Below, piece by piece: positions 37,160-47,925 of a DNA stretch of 64,000 bases. The notes beneath the pieces are model-generated. The model had not been told where the DNA came from. It did no database searches and worked only from the letters and a program-made list of their open reading frames with translations. The position numbers were made by a program, and so were the translations under genes. Source of the DNA: Bacteroidales bacterium (GTDB lineage: Bacteria; Bacteroidota; Bacteroidia; Bacteroidales; GCA-2748055); assembly GCA_038316435.1 (NCBI GenBank), contig JBBQAQ010000001.1, forward strand, positions 2,267-66,266, read 5' to 3'. Each line of letters opens with the position of its first letter. The stretch's first letter is position 1.

Positions 37160-40100
37160 TCAGGATATAAGAAGAATATTTTTTTCTATCATCTTTAATA
37201 GTAAGTCTTCCCGTGCAGGTTTGCTTATATAGTCGTTACATCCTGCTTCAATAGCTTTCTGTTTTTCACCATTTGAAGCATAAGCAGTTTGTGCGATTAT
37301 TTTCAAAGAAGGTTTTATTGGTCTAATTTGCTGTGTTGCTTCATAACCATTAATATCAGGTAGCCTGACATCCATAAGCACTAGGTCAACATCCTGATTA
37401 AGAGCTATTTTTACAGCCTCTTTACCATATTCTGTATGAATAATATTATAACCGGCTGAGGAAAGAATTTCTTTCAAATATTCAGTGTTATACATGTCAT
37501 CTTCCACTAATAAAATTGTTTTTTCGGATGTATTCATAAAATTGTTTTTTTCTGTCTGTACGATTTCTTGATAGGAAGGCATTGAATTTTTGAATGGTAT
37601 GCAGAAGGAAAAAGTACTTCCTATACCGGGCTTGGATTCTAGGATTATTTCTCCACCTAAAAGAGTAATTAATCCTTTTACAATCGAAAGGCCTAATCCA
37701 GTGCCGCTAACAAGTTTGTTAGCTCCTGGGTTAAGTTGGGTAAACCTTTCGAAAATTCTGCTTTGCTGATTCTCGGGAATTCCAATTCCTGTATCTGAAA
37801 CAAAAAAGATTAATTGGTTATTATTGTCTACTCTGCAACCCGCTTCAATTGATCCATTTTCAGTAAATTTAAATGCATTGCCAATTAGGTTTATAAAAAT
37901 TTGTTTGAGTTTTCCTGAATCAGTTACAATTATGTTTTGGTTATCATTGCAATTGGATTGCAGGCTAAAATTTATATGCTCTTTGCCTAAATGTTTCTGA
38001 TGTTCAGTAAAGAAAGAAGTGAGGTCTGAAAACAAACTATTAAGATCGCATTTTTCCAAATTTATTGGTAGTTGACCCGACTCAATTTTAGCAATATCAA
38101 GTATGTCGTTAATAATGTCAAGCAGGTCATTACAACGCTGACTAATGATATCAGAGAATTTTTCGAGCTTAGGTCTATTATCAAAATTATTTTTCAAAAG
38201 CGCAGAAAATCCCATAATAGCATTCATTGGAGTCCTGATTTCGTGGCTCATATTCTGAAGAAATGCTGTTTTCAATCGATCGCTCTCTTCTGCATGTAAT
38301 TTTGCTTTGTGTAATTCGTCATTAGTCTGTATTAGTTCTTCATTAATCTGCTGATATTCTTCATTTTGCGATTCAATTTCATCGGTTTTTTCACGAAGGA
38401 GAATTTCTGCAAGTTTTCGTTTAGAAATGTCAAGTACTGTAAATGTAACTCCCTTGGAATGGTCTGAAGCGTCAATTGGCGTAGAAGCAAGAATTACATC
38501 CATCTTTTCGCCATCTTTTTTGATCCAGATTGTTTCAACAACTCCAGTTCCTTTTTCAGCAATTTGGCGGTATTTCTCTTTTCCGACAAAATCATATTCT
38601 TCCTGACTTGAGTATAGAATTACGGAGGGTTTACCAATGAGTTCATCAGCAGAATACCCTGTTAATTCACATATTTTCGGGTTAACCTCTGTTATAATTC
38701 TTTCCTTAACGACTCCAATTCCTGTAGGAGCAACAAGAAAAATACTTTCAAGCCTCTTTTCGCTTAATCGTAATTTGTTTTCAATTGATTTAAGGTTTGT
38801 AATATCCTGTGAAATGATTTGAATTCCGGAAATTTCCTGGTTCTGATTGAGAATTTTGGAAAATGTACTTAAGAAGTGTTTTTCTCCTCCGGGCAGTTGA
38901 ACACAATCTTCGAATACCAACGACTCTTTAGATAGCACACTCTCTTTAATTCTGTTATGATAAAACTCAGCCTCTGCCTTTGGATATATTGAGTAAATAG
39001 ATTTCCCTGTAAAATCTTCAGGAACTCCATTCATGTGACTGGCAGCAAGTTTGTTATATGAGATAACTGTTCCATCTGGCTTATAGTAACCTATTCCTAT
39101 ACCAGTATTTTCATGTAAATGCCTGTACTTCTCTTCACTTTCAATAAGTTTTTTTTCTGCAGTTTTTCTTTTTGTAATTTCAAGGAAAGCAGCAACAAAA
39201 TGATCCGGTTTATATTGGTACCCAACGCAATCATACCATCTATTATTCGCTTCAAGAAACTGTTCAAATCGAATTGTTTCCCCAGTTTTTGCAACCTTTC
39301 CAAATGTTCCTATCCAATCGAAAGCATCCTTTTCAATGCCGGGAAATGCTTCAGTTGCCATTTTTCCCCGGGGATCAACACCTGTCAATTCGATATAACT
39401 TTCGTTTGCATCTAGAAATAGGTAGTCTACCGGATTGTTGTTATCATCGTAAATCATTTGATGATAAGCAACACCTATCGGTCCTTTTTCAAATAATGCA
39501 CGGAACTTCCATTCTGCTTCTTTTCTTGCTTCTGAAGCTCTGGCCAAAACCAGATTTGAATGACTTAATGAAGAGATCATATTTGCAAGCTTTGTATAGA
39601 AGACAAGTGCTTTCTCGATTGCTTCTCTGCTCCAGACAGGAACTTTCCTGATAGCTTTCATATATTCCGTCACATCGAATCCGTACTTTGCAGCCTGATC
39701 AATAAAAACCTGATCATCAGGGATTGCATCTTCAAAGAAAAATTGTCCAGTAAAAAGATTTCCAACATGCTTTTCTCCAACTATAAGAGGTGTTACATTA
39801 TCCCATAAGTTGTTTTTACAGAGGTAGGATTTAAATGTTCCTGACTTTACATCTTTTGATAATTCGGTATCACATTCGAAACATTTCTTTCTAGTTTCGA
39901 GATGGACGCGATGAAATTTTAAACAGACATCCTGCCAACCTGTATTGACAAGCAGGTTATTATTTAGATCAATAATTGCTACAGGGATATTTGTAAGTGC
40001 ATAAATATCATCCATCATAGATTGAATGGCTTCAATATCAATGATATCAGCAAGTTCAAGATCTCCGATTGGATTTTCTCCAGATAAAATACTGTTTAGT

Positions 40101-40633
40101 TTTTTACGATTCTGGGATTCACTTTCCACTAATGCCATTTCAGCATATTTAAGTTTAGTAATATCAGCTGCAAGGGTAAGATTAAGAATTACTTTTCCAG
40201 TTTCATCTTTCACGGGATTGGCAGTAGCTAAAAAATACAGTTTTTTGTTGGGGAGGGGAACCTCTACTTCGATTGATTCACTTTCTCCAGTTTGAAACAC
40301 TCTGTTTGTAGTTTCAAATCTAATATCAGCTTGTTCTTTATCATAAATATCCCAAAATGTTTTACCAATAAAGTAATCGGGTGTTTGGCCAAAAGTAGAT
40401 GCAAAAAGTTGATTAGTAAATTGATATTCACCTTTTTCATCTACGCAGAAAATTGCATCACTTGAGCATTCGATGAGAGAGCGGTATTTTAATTCACTCG
40501 CTTTTAGCTTTTGCTCGGTATCGGCTAAGAATTTACGGTCTTCCATAGAAGAAGATTTTAATGAACGGTTTTCTTCAAGTAACTCTGTTACTTTGCTTAG
40601 CAGTTCATCTTTAGATTTACTTTGCATACACAT
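37160..40633 (-). CDS. Hybrid sensor histidine kinase: PAS-PocR-PAS(x3-4)-HisKA-HATPase-REC
   Basis: A PocR-like Cys-containing block at about aa 195-350 (VCLKFH..KKCFECD..YLCKNNLWD..VGNLFTGQFF..AAKYGFDVTEYMKAIRKVPV), H-box MSHEIRTPMN, GTGLGLSIV and a receiver DLVLMDVRLPD. Confidence 0.85.
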   Translation of the reverse strand: MCMQSKSKDELLSKVTELLEENRSLKSSSMEDRKFLADTEQKLKASELKYRSLIECSSDAIFCVDEKGEYQFTNQLFASTFGQTPDYFIGKTFWDIYDKEQADIRFETTNRVFQTGESESIEVEVPLPNKKLYFLATANPVKDETGKVILNLTLAADITKLKYAEMALVESESQNRKKLNSILSGENPIGDLELADIIDIEAIQSMMDDIYALTNIPVAIIDLNNNLLVNTGWQDVCLKFHRVHLETRKKCFECDTELSKDVKSGTFKSYLCKNNLWDNVTPLIVGEKHVGNLFTGQFFFEDAIPDDQVFIDQAAKYGFDVTEYMKAIRKVPVWSREAIEKALVFYTKLANMISSLSHSNLVLARASEARKEAEWKFRALFEKGPIGVAYHQMIYDDNNNPVDYLFLDANESYIELTGVDPRGKMATEAFPGIEKDAFDWIGTFGKVAKTGETIRFEQFLEANNRWYDCVGYQYKPDHFVAAFLEITKRKTAEKKLIESEEKYRHLHENTGIGIGYYKPDGTVISYNKLAASHMNGVPEDFTGKSIYSIYPKAEAEFYHNRIKESVLSKESLVFEDCVQLPGGEKHFLSTFSKILNQNQEISGIQIISQDITNLKSIENKLRLSEKRLESIFLVAPTGIGVVKERIITEVNPKICELTGYSADELIGKPSVILYSSQEEYDFVGKEKYRQIAEKGTGVVETIWIKKDGEKMDVILASTPIDASDHSKGVTFTVLDISKRKLAEILLREKTDEIESQNEEYQQINEELIQTNDELHKAKLHAEESDRLKTAFLQNMSHEIRTPMNAIMGFSALLKNNFDNRPKLEKFSDIISQRCNDLLDIINDILDIAKIESGQLPINLEKCDLNSLFSDLTSFFTEHQKHLGKEHINFSLQSNCNDNQNIIVTDSGKLKQIFINLIGNAFKFTENGSIEAGCRVDNNNQLIFFVSDTGIGIPENQQSRIFERFTQLNPGANKLVSGTGLGLSIVKGLITLLGGEIILESKPGIGSTFSFCIPFKNSMPSYQEIVQTEKNNFMNTSEKTILLVEDDMYNTEYLKEILSSAGYNIIHTEYGKEAVKIALNQDVDLVLMDVRLPDINGYEATQQIRPIKPSLKIIAQTAYASNGEKQKAIEAGCNDYISKPAREDLLLKMIEKNILLIS

Positions 40634-40662
40634 TGTATAAACTATATTTTAAGCAATATTTT

Positions 40663-42498
40663 TTATATAAATTGAGCTTTGTCTAAATGAGGCAGTTTAA
40701 AACAGAAAATGCTTCCATACCCTTCTTGGCTTTCAACTTTAAGTTCTCCTCCATGCTTTTCAATAAACTCTTTACATAGTAACAACCCTAATCCCGTTCC
40801 GCTTTCATTTTCTGTTCCTTTAGTTGTAAAGCTACCCGAAACATCAAAAAGTTTTTCTTTAGATTTTGCAGATAATCCAATACCATCATCAGAAACTGAA
40901 ATAATCATATGGGTTTCAGTTTCCACAGCATGAATTTCAATATGTCCGTTATTGTGTGTGAATTTTATTGCGTTTGAAATAAGATTTCTTAAAACTGTTT
41001 TCAGCATATCAATATCAGAATAAATAAGAAGCTCTTTATCCGTTGGAAATTTTATATTGATATTTTTGGTTTTAGCATTTAGTTTTAATCCGTCAACAAC
41101 AATCTCGCAGACATCAAAAAGACTTGTTATTTGAGGTTCAAATGGAATTTTTCCGGATTGTGATCGAGCCCATAACAATAAATCTTCAAGCAAGTTATAG
41201 GTACTTTTGGCTGTCTTATTTATTATTCCAGCATATTTTTCAATTTTGTCAATATCGTAATTCCTGATATTAAGGCTTAACAAATCTGAGAACCCAAGCA
41301 AGCCATTAAAAGGACTTTTTAAGTCATGCGCAAGAATTGACATAAACCTGTCTTTATCAGTATTTACACGGATTAATTCTTCATTTTTCAATTTGAGATC
41401 TTGCTCAACTTTCTTTCTTTCAGTAATGTCTATAAGTATCCCATCAGTTGATACCGCTATATCATTTACATATATGTGTATCCAATGATCCTGCAGAAAT
41501 TTAAACGATCCGTCTTTGCACTTCCACCATGCGTCCTGTTTAAAAACTGATTCATTGGAACCCACTAATTCCAAATATGTGAGGTTTGAATCCACTAGTA
41601 CTTCATTGCTTAAAACCTGAGATAAGAAGGAGTTTCTTCCTCCCATTTTGTTAATGTCATAAATTGAATAACCTGTTATTTTCTCAAAGGAAGGGCTGAG
41701 ATATGCAAATTCTTTAGTATTTACATCAACACTATATACTATGTCCTTTATATTCGTTATTAAAAGCCGATACTTTTCTTCACTAATCCTGATTTTTTCA
41801 GACTGGATTTTATTAAAAATGGCTTTTTGCTTGTTTAAAATTGTCACAAAGAGAAAATAAAGTGCAAAAATCATTAAACTTACAGGTAACATACATTCCT
41901 TTATTATCAGGATTATCCAGTGCTTTACTGAGACATCCAGGCCTAATACAGCGATTAATTCTCCATTTATCTGATTTTTAACTGGGATAAAAATGCTCAT
42001 CCAGTTACCCCATTTATCTTTAAGTGGTCCTTCAAAACTTTCATTTCCTGATTTGAATGATGATCTCAATATTGAAGAGGCTTCTGAGTAGATATCACCG
42101 GGTAAAGATTCATCCGGGGATCCTATAGGTTCAGAATCGGCAATAAAATAAATACTAACCAACCTGATCCCTAATAAATAAACAAATCGTGCTTCTGGTA
42201 TGGTTTTAATTACTTGATTTAACTGATGTTTTATCTGTTTGTAATCATTTTTCGTAGTATCTGAAATGTTGTTATTTAATGAAGATATTGATTCCTGACT
42301 TATTATGATTGAAGTAATTCTGGCATGACGAAGTAAATCGTTATAAAGATTGCGTCTTGCTTTAATTGCTGTAATCCATATAAATGAACCTCCAAAAAAT
42401 AATAATACAACCAGATAGTATATCACTTTTCGGTTGATACTCGAGTGCTTTTCGGGTTTTGCTTCAAAAGAATTAATATTTCCTATTTCATCTATCAT
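40663..42498 (-). CDS. Membrane sensor histidine kinase: TM-extracytoplasmic (Cache/PDC-like) domain-TM-PAS-HisKA-HATPase
   Basis: Two TM helices flank an ~150-aa domain (..PGDIYSEAS..DKWGNWMSIFIPV..IAVLGLDV). H-box ILAHDLKSPF and GTGLGL. Confidence 0.85.
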   Translation of the reverse strand: MIDEIGNINSFEAKPEKHSSINRKVIYYLVVLLFFGGSFIWITAIKARRNLYNDLLRHARITSIIISQESISSLNNNISDTTKNDYKQIKHQLNQVIKTIPEARFVYLLGIRLVSIYFIADSEPIGSPDESLPGDIYSEASSILRSSFKSGNESFEGPLKDKWGNWMSIFIPVKNQINGELIAVLGLDVSVKHWIILIIKECMLPVSLMIFALYFLFVTILNKQKAIFNKIQSEKIRISEEKYRLLITNIKDIVYSVDVNTKEFAYLSPSFEKITGYSIYDINKMGGRNSFLSQVLSNEVLVDSNLTYLELVGSNESVFKQDAWWKCKDGSFKFLQDHWIHIYVNDIAVSTDGILIDITERKKVEQDLKLKNEELIRVNTDKDRFMSILAHDLKSPFNGLLGFSDLLSLNIRNYDIDKIEKYAGIINKTAKSTYNLLEDLLLWARSQSGKIPFEPQITSLFDVCEIVVDGLKLNAKTKNINIKFPTDKELLIYSDIDMLKTVLRNLISNAIKFTHNNGHIEIHAVETETHMIISVSDDGIGLSAKSKEKLFDVSGSFTTKGTENESGTGLGLLLCKEFIEKHGGELKVESQEGYGSIFCFKLPHLDKAQFI

Positions 42499-42580
42499 AT
42501 CAGAAAACTTACTTTTTAATTTTTTTATATCCTTTTAGCTTGTTTAATATATTTATCTTTAACTATTGAAATAGTAAAAA

Positions 42581-45436
42581 TTATGTATTAAGTTGATTGT
42601 TGATCATATTCAATAGCATACTTTCTTTTATTGGCTTAGCTATATAATCATTGCATCCGGCTTCAAGAGCCTTAAGCTTTTCACTATTAGATGCATAAGC
42701 GGTTTGCGCAATGATCTTAAGAGAAGGTTTTTTAGACCTGATCATCACCGTTGCTTCATACCCGTTGATGTCAGGAATTCTGACATCCATGAGTACAATA
42801 TCAATCTCCTGTGATAGTGCTATTTGAACAGCTTCTTTCCCATACATAGTATGAATAATTTTATAACCGGCAGATTTTAGGATTTCCTCGAGGTAAGCAG
42901 TATTGAATGGATCATCTTCTACAAGAAGTATTGTTCTTTCAGAAGGAATCTTTTCATAAAAAGGCTCTGCTGGCAGCCCTTTAGACTGATTTATTTTCGA
43001 ATTATCGGATGTAATTGTAAAGGAAAAAGTGCTTCCTTCACCAGGTTGGGATTTTAGATTTATTTCTCCGCCTAATAGGTTAATTAACCCCTTTACGATT
43101 GACAATCCCAATCCGGTTCCGCTTACCAGCTTGTTCACACCGGGATTTAACTGCGTAAATCTTTCGAAAATATTATCATGCTTATTAGGAGGAATACCAA
43201 TTCCGGTATCTGAAACAAAAAAGATAATTTTGTTATTTTCGTCAAACCTGCATCCAGCTTCAATTGTACCTGTTTCAGTAAATTTAAATGCGTTGACAAT
43301 CAGGTTTATGAAGATCTGTTTGAGCTTTCCTGTGTCAGTTACAATTACCTTCCGAATATCTCCACAATCATTTTTTAAACTAAAGGCAATATGTTCTTTT
43401 TCTATGTGCTTTTGATGCTCAGTAAAGAATGATGCTAGCTCCAAAAACATTTTTTCCAGATCGCATTCTTCCATATTTACAGTAAGTTGACCGGACTCAA
43501 TTTTGGCGATATCCAGGATATCATTAATAATATCCAATAAGTCGTTGCAGCGTTGATTTATAATCTCAGAAAATTTTTCAAGTTTAGGTTTATTATCGAA
43601 ATTGTTTTTCAAAAGCGCAGAAAACCCCATAATTGCATTCATAGGAGTTCTAATTTCATGGCTCATATTTTGCAAAAACGCAGTTTTCAGACGATCGCTT
43701 TCCTCTGCATGCTCCTTTGCGAGGGTTAATTCTTTATTTATTTGAAGCAATTCTTCATTTAGTTGCAGATACTCTTCATTTTGACTTTCAATTTGTTCGG
43801 TTTTATCGATTAGGAGTTGTTCATATTTTTTCTGTTCAGAAATATCATGAACAACGCCAAAAACGATATTGCTACTTTTATCAAACGTTGCAATTGAATG
43901 AATATAAGTAATTTCACCGTCGTTAACTCTTTGAATTTTAAACTCTACATTGTAAGATGTACCTTTTGTAATTAAGTTAATGAGAGCTGTATTTAAAGTT
44001 TCCCTGTACTCAAGAAGTGGAATATTCTGAACAATTTCAAGGTTAAACTGGTTTTCCTCAATACCATAAATATCAATTGCACCATGTGATGCGATTATTT
44101 GCCTGGAGTCTAATAAAAGCTTCCAGTTTCCTATTTTCGCAATTTTTTCGGCACGTGATAATCGCTCTTCACTTTCAATTAAGGCTTTTTCCGATTCAGT
44201 TCTAAGCTGATTAGCTATTTGTGCTTCGTAGTTTTTTCTCTTTAAATAAAAGAAATACAAAATAACGGTAATTGACAACAGAATTAAAATGAAGATAACT
44301 ATCTGCGCAATTATTAGTGAATTCTTCTTTTCAATAGTTAAATGTTGTATTTGAATTTGTTTGTCTCGTAACTCAACTTCCTGCTTTTTTTCAATATTGG
44401 CAATTTCAACTTTAGTGTCATTTGAGAAAATTGAATCCATATTGTCGGAATACTCTTTATAATATTTAAGAGCATTTTTTGTGTCGTCTAATCTTTCATA
44501 AACTTGCGACAGACTTTGTGATGTCTCAGAAATTAAAGCTAAATCATCTATTTTCTCTAAATAGAAAAGACCATTTATTAAGTATTTTTTGGCAAGAAGT
44601 AAATTACTTCGAAAATCGGTTGAATAATAGGGGCAAGACCTACTGTTTTTTAATGTATCACATGCAATTTTGTAATAAATAGCACCAATATAACTGCAGT
44701 AGGTTGCAATATCGTAGGTTATATTGTTTTCAATGCTGATATCTAATGCTTTGATAGCCATTTCGATCGCATCACAATATTCTTTTGTGAATGTTTTATT
44801 ATCTGCAATATTGATAAGTATTTGAGAAGCCAGATCCTCATTTTTTATTTCTTGGGATAATTCTAAAGCTTCGAAATAATAACTATTCGACTCATTAAAC
44901 TCCAATTTTTCAGCATAAATATTTCCAATATTAATATAATTTTTAACAAGTTCATATTTATTTCCAATTCCTGAATTGATTGATATTGATATGTTTATAT
45001 ATTCAATTGCCTTTGAGTATTCTTTATGAATACGGTAAAAATTCGCTAGATTATTATTCAGAAATGCAATTCCCTGCTGGTCATCTGCTTCATTATATTT
45101 CACCAAGGATTTATTAAAATAATCCAGAGCTTGTGGGAAATTACCTTTAACTGCAAAATTTGTACCCAGGTAATTATAAGAAAAAGCAATACCTGTAGTC
45201 CATTTTAATTTTTCAGAAAGACTTAGAGCCTTCTGTCCATAATAAACTCCTGAGTCTGTATCAAATCTATAATACAAAAAAGATAGTTTTCCCAGAATTC
45301 TTGCCTGACTCGTATCTTCCTTTGCATTGGATAATTGCAATTTTAAGGAATCGATTAATTCAATTCCCTGTATCTGCGAAAAAGTGTTTTCAATTAGAAA
45401 AACAAAAGCAATTAGTATTATTATCCGTTTGAACAT
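42581..45436 (-). CDS. Hybrid sensor histidine kinase: signal peptide-TPR repeats-TM-PAS-HisKA-HATPase-REC
   Basis: About 380 aa of TPR-like repeats after a signal peptide, a TM helix (IVIFILILLSITVILYFFYL), H-box MSHEIRTPMN and a receiver DIVLMDVRIPD. Confidence 0.85.
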   Translation of the reverse strand: MFKRIIILIAFVFLIENTFSQIQGIELIDSLKLQLSNAKEDTSQARILGKLSFLYYRFDTDSGVYYGQKALSLSEKLKWTTGIAFSYNYLGTNFAVKGNFPQALDYFNKSLVKYNEADDQQGIAFLNNNLANFYRIHKEYSKAIEYINISISINSGIGNKYELVKNYINIGNIYAEKLEFNESNSYYFEALELSQEIKNEDLASQILINIADNKTFTKEYCDAIEMAIKALDISIENNITYDIATYCSYIGAIYYKIACDTLKNSRSCPYYSTDFRSNLLLAKKYLINGLFYLEKIDDLALISETSQSLSQVYERLDDTKNALKYYKEYSDNMDSIFSNDTKVEIANIEKKQEVELRDKQIQIQHLTIEKKNSLIIAQIVIFILILLSITVILYFFYLKRKNYEAQIANQLRTESEKALIESEERLSRAEKIAKIGNWKLLLDSRQIIASHGAIDIYGIEENQFNLEIVQNIPLLEYRETLNTALINLITKGTSYNVEFKIQRVNDGEITYIHSIATFDKSSNIVFGVVHDISEQKKYEQLLIDKTEQIESQNEEYLQLNEELLQINKELTLAKEHAEESDRLKTAFLQNMSHEIRTPMNAIMGFSALLKNNFDNKPKLEKFSEIINQRCNDLLDIINDILDIAKIESGQLTVNMEECDLEKMFLELASFFTEHQKHIEKEHIAFSLKNDCGDIRKVIVTDTGKLKQIFINLIVNAFKFTETGTIEAGCRFDENNKIIFFVSDTGIGIPPNKHDNIFERFTQLNPGVNKLVSGTGLGLSIVKGLINLLGGEINLKSQPGEGSTFSFTITSDNSKINQSKGLPAEPFYEKIPSERTILLVEDDPFNTAYLEEILKSAGYKIIHTMYGKEAVQIALSQEIDIVLMDVRIPDINGYEATVMIRSKKPSLKIIAQTAYASNSEKLKALEAGCNDYIAKPIKESMLLNMINNQLNT

Positions 45437-45440
45437 TATC

Positions 45441-47456
45441 TTATTTTTCGAAATATTTTTTTAATAATCCCTTCAAAACATCCTGTTTTAAAGGTTTTGA
45501 TATGTAGTCATTGCATCCTGATGTCAATGCTTTATCAATATCCCCTGAAAGAGCAAATGCAGTTTGAGCAATAATAATCAGTTCCTTATTGAACTTGCGG
45601 ATTTCTTTTGTAGCCTCGTAGCCTCCCATGTCGGGCATTTTTATATCCATGAGAACCAGATCAATATCTGTGTTCTTTTGACAAGTACTTACTGCTTCAA
45701 TTCCAGTTTTAGCATAAAGAATTTCTTTAGCATAAACATCAATTAATTCAGCAAGAAGCATTGATGATGTTTCATCGTCCTCAGCAATAAGGACTTTTAG
45801 CTTCTTTATTGGATCATGATCATTATCATTCATTTTGGAATAATTTTTATGAATAGTAGTTTTGTCGTCTAAATTGCTTGGTAAGGTAAAATAGAATGTA
45901 GAACCTTTCCCAGGTTCACTTTTTACCCAAATTTTTCCTCCAAGCATTTCTATATAAGCTTTAGAAATGGCAAGACCCAGACCAGCTCCCTGAAATGCCC
46001 TTTTATCGGAAATATCAGCCTGGATAAACCTTTCAAAAATTGCTTGTTGCCTGTCAATTGGAATGCCGATACCTGTGTCGTGAACGAAAAATTCCAATGT
46101 ACTTCCCTTTTGTTTATACCCAAATTCAATAGAACCTTTGTCACAATATTTAATACTATTTTTAACTATATTAATAAGGATTGCATAGATCTTTTCCCTA
46201 TCAGTTCTAATAATCGCATTTTGAGAACTGAGATCATTATGGAAGCGAAGCTCCATTCCTTTATTCTCGATTTCAGGTTTAAAAAAAGTATATATAAATT
46301 CGATGAGTTTATTGATATTTGTTTCTGAAATTGTTGTTTTCATCAAACCTGACTCAATTTTAGAAATATCAATAATATCGTTAATAATATTGAGCATCCT
46401 TGAACCGCTCTTCTCAATAATACCTAAATACAGCTGCTGCTTATCATCGGTCAAGTCAGGCTTTTTCAGAAGTTCAGCAAACCCAAGGATTCCATTCATC
46501 GGAGTACGGATTTCATGGCTCATATTTGCGAGAAATGCAGTTTTTAAGCGATCACTTTCCTCAGCATGTTCTTTTTCCTTTTTTAATTCCGCGTTTGTTT
46601 TAATTAGTTCCTCATTGAGTTGCTGCGATTCTAAACTTTTTTTATGCAATAATATTTCGGCTTCTTTACGTTCGGTAATATCCCTGACAGTAGTAATGGC
46701 TCCAACAATATTCCCGAATGAATCATACACAGGTGCAGTAGTATTGGACGACCAACCTGTTTTACCTGTTTGAAGAGTATAGGGTATATCAATTTCTGTG
46801 GATAATATTCCATCAAGGGCTTTACTAACAATATCATAAACTCCAAAATCTTTAAGGAATGGGAAATAAACAGTTGGATCTTTTCCGATAATGTCTGATG
46901 CGGAGATTCCTGATAATCCCTCCATATAAGGATTCCATACCTGATATTTCATTTCACGATCATAAACAATAATTCCCTCCTGAGCACTTTGAATGATTTG
47001 TTTGTTAAACTGGTTTGATTCAATAAGTGCCTGCTCAACAAGCCTTAGTTTACTCTCATTTTCAATTTCCTTGCTAACCCTTGCAATTATAAGAGGTATC
47101 ATTTCAAGAAAGTGGATATCTTTTATGACATAATCCTTTGCGCCAAGTTTCATCATGTCAACTGCGATTCTCTCGTCACCCTGGCCTGTTGATACTATAA
47201 ATGGAGCTAGATTTAGCCCAATAGTAGTTACTTCATCGATAAACTCTTTCCCGTTCATATCGGGTAAGCTAAAATCGAGGATAATAAGGAAAGGAGAATG
47301 AAATTTTAACCACTCAATTGCATTCCTGCCATTTTTAAAATGGATAGTTTGATGACCGCTTTCAATGATTCTTTCTGTTAGTAACTCAATTAACCCTTCA
47401 TCATCCTCAATTAAGAGAATTGTTTTAATGTTTGCCTTCATTTTTTGTTTTTTCAT
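45441..47456 (-). CDS. Hybrid sensor histidine kinase: REC-PAS-HisKA-HATPase-REC
   Basis: N-terminal receiver (ILLIEDDEG..LIILDFSLPD), H-box MSHEIRTPMN, GAGLGLAIS and a C-terminal receiver (DLVLMDIKMPD). I prefer the ATG at 47456 to the TTG at 47495. Confidence 0.85.
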   Translation of the reverse strand: MKKQKMKANIKTILLIEDDEGLIELLTERIIESGHQTIHFKNGRNAIEWLKFHSPFLIILDFSLPDMNGKEFIDEVTTIGLNLAPFIVSTGQGDERIAVDMMKLGAKDYVIKDIHFLEMIPLIIARVSKEIENESKLRLVEQALIESNQFNKQIIQSAQEGIIVYDREMKYQVWNPYMEGLSGISASDIIGKDPTVYFPFLKDFGVYDIVSKALDGILSTEIDIPYTLQTGKTGWSSNTTAPVYDSFGNIVGAITTVRDITERKEAEILLHKKSLESQQLNEELIKTNAELKKEKEHAEESDRLKTAFLANMSHEIRTPMNGILGFAELLKKPDLTDDKQQLYLGIIEKSGSRMLNIINDIIDISKIESGLMKTTISETNINKLIEFIYTFFKPEIENKGMELRFHNDLSSQNAIIRTDREKIYAILINIVKNSIKYCDKGSIEFGYKQKGSTLEFFVHDTGIGIPIDRQQAIFERFIQADISDKRAFQGAGLGLAISKAYIEMLGGKIWVKSEPGKGSTFYFTLPSNLDDKTTIHKNYSKMNDNDHDPIKKLKVLIAEDDETSSMLLAELIDVYAKEILYAKTGIEAVSTCQKNTDIDLVLMDIKMPDMGGYEATKEIRKFNKELIIIAQTAFALSGDIDKALTSGCNDYISKPLKQDVLKGLLKKYFEK

Positions 47457-47463
47457 TTTCCAA

Positions 47464-47922
47464 CTAAACCTTAACAATCTGAATAAATAAACCAAGCCTT
47501 TTCAAGGTTTCAGTAAATTTCTTAAAATCTACAGGTTTGGTGATGTACATATTACATCCAATTTTGTAACAAGCTTCGACTTCCCTTGGATCGTCGGTGG
47601 TTGTAAGCATCATAACGGGAATCTCCTTTAATTCGTCGTTTGATTTCATTCGTTTTAAAACTTCAATACCGTCTAATTTTGGCATATTTATATCAAGGAG
47701 CAAGAGGTAACCTTTAGTTTTATCACGAACCTCCGTGTTACCGTTTCCTGACAGAAAATTCCATATCTCCTCGCCGTTTGAAAAACGAATGAATCTATTG
47801 CAAACTCCTGATTCTTCTAGTCCTTCTCTTATTAGGTCTGCATGCCCATCATCATCTTCAGCAATCAGAATTATCATTTCTTTGTAATTTTTCATAGTAC
47901 TTAATTTATTATAAATTTTCAT
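47464..47922 (-). CDS. Stand-alone receiver (CheY/Rcp1-like response regulator without an output domain)
   Basis: ILIAEDDDGHADLI..LLLLDINMPKLDG..IPVMMLTTTDD..YITKP. At 152 aa there is no room for an effector domain. Confidence 0.85.
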   Translation of the reverse strand: MKIYNKLSTMKNYKEMIILIAEDDDGHADLIREGLEESGVCNRFIRFSNGEEIWNFLSGNGNTEVRDKTKGYLLLLDINMPKLDGIEVLKRMKSNDELKEIPVMMLTTTDDPREVEACYKIGCNMYITKPVDFKKFTETLKRLGLFIQIVKV

Positions 47923-47925
47923 TGT

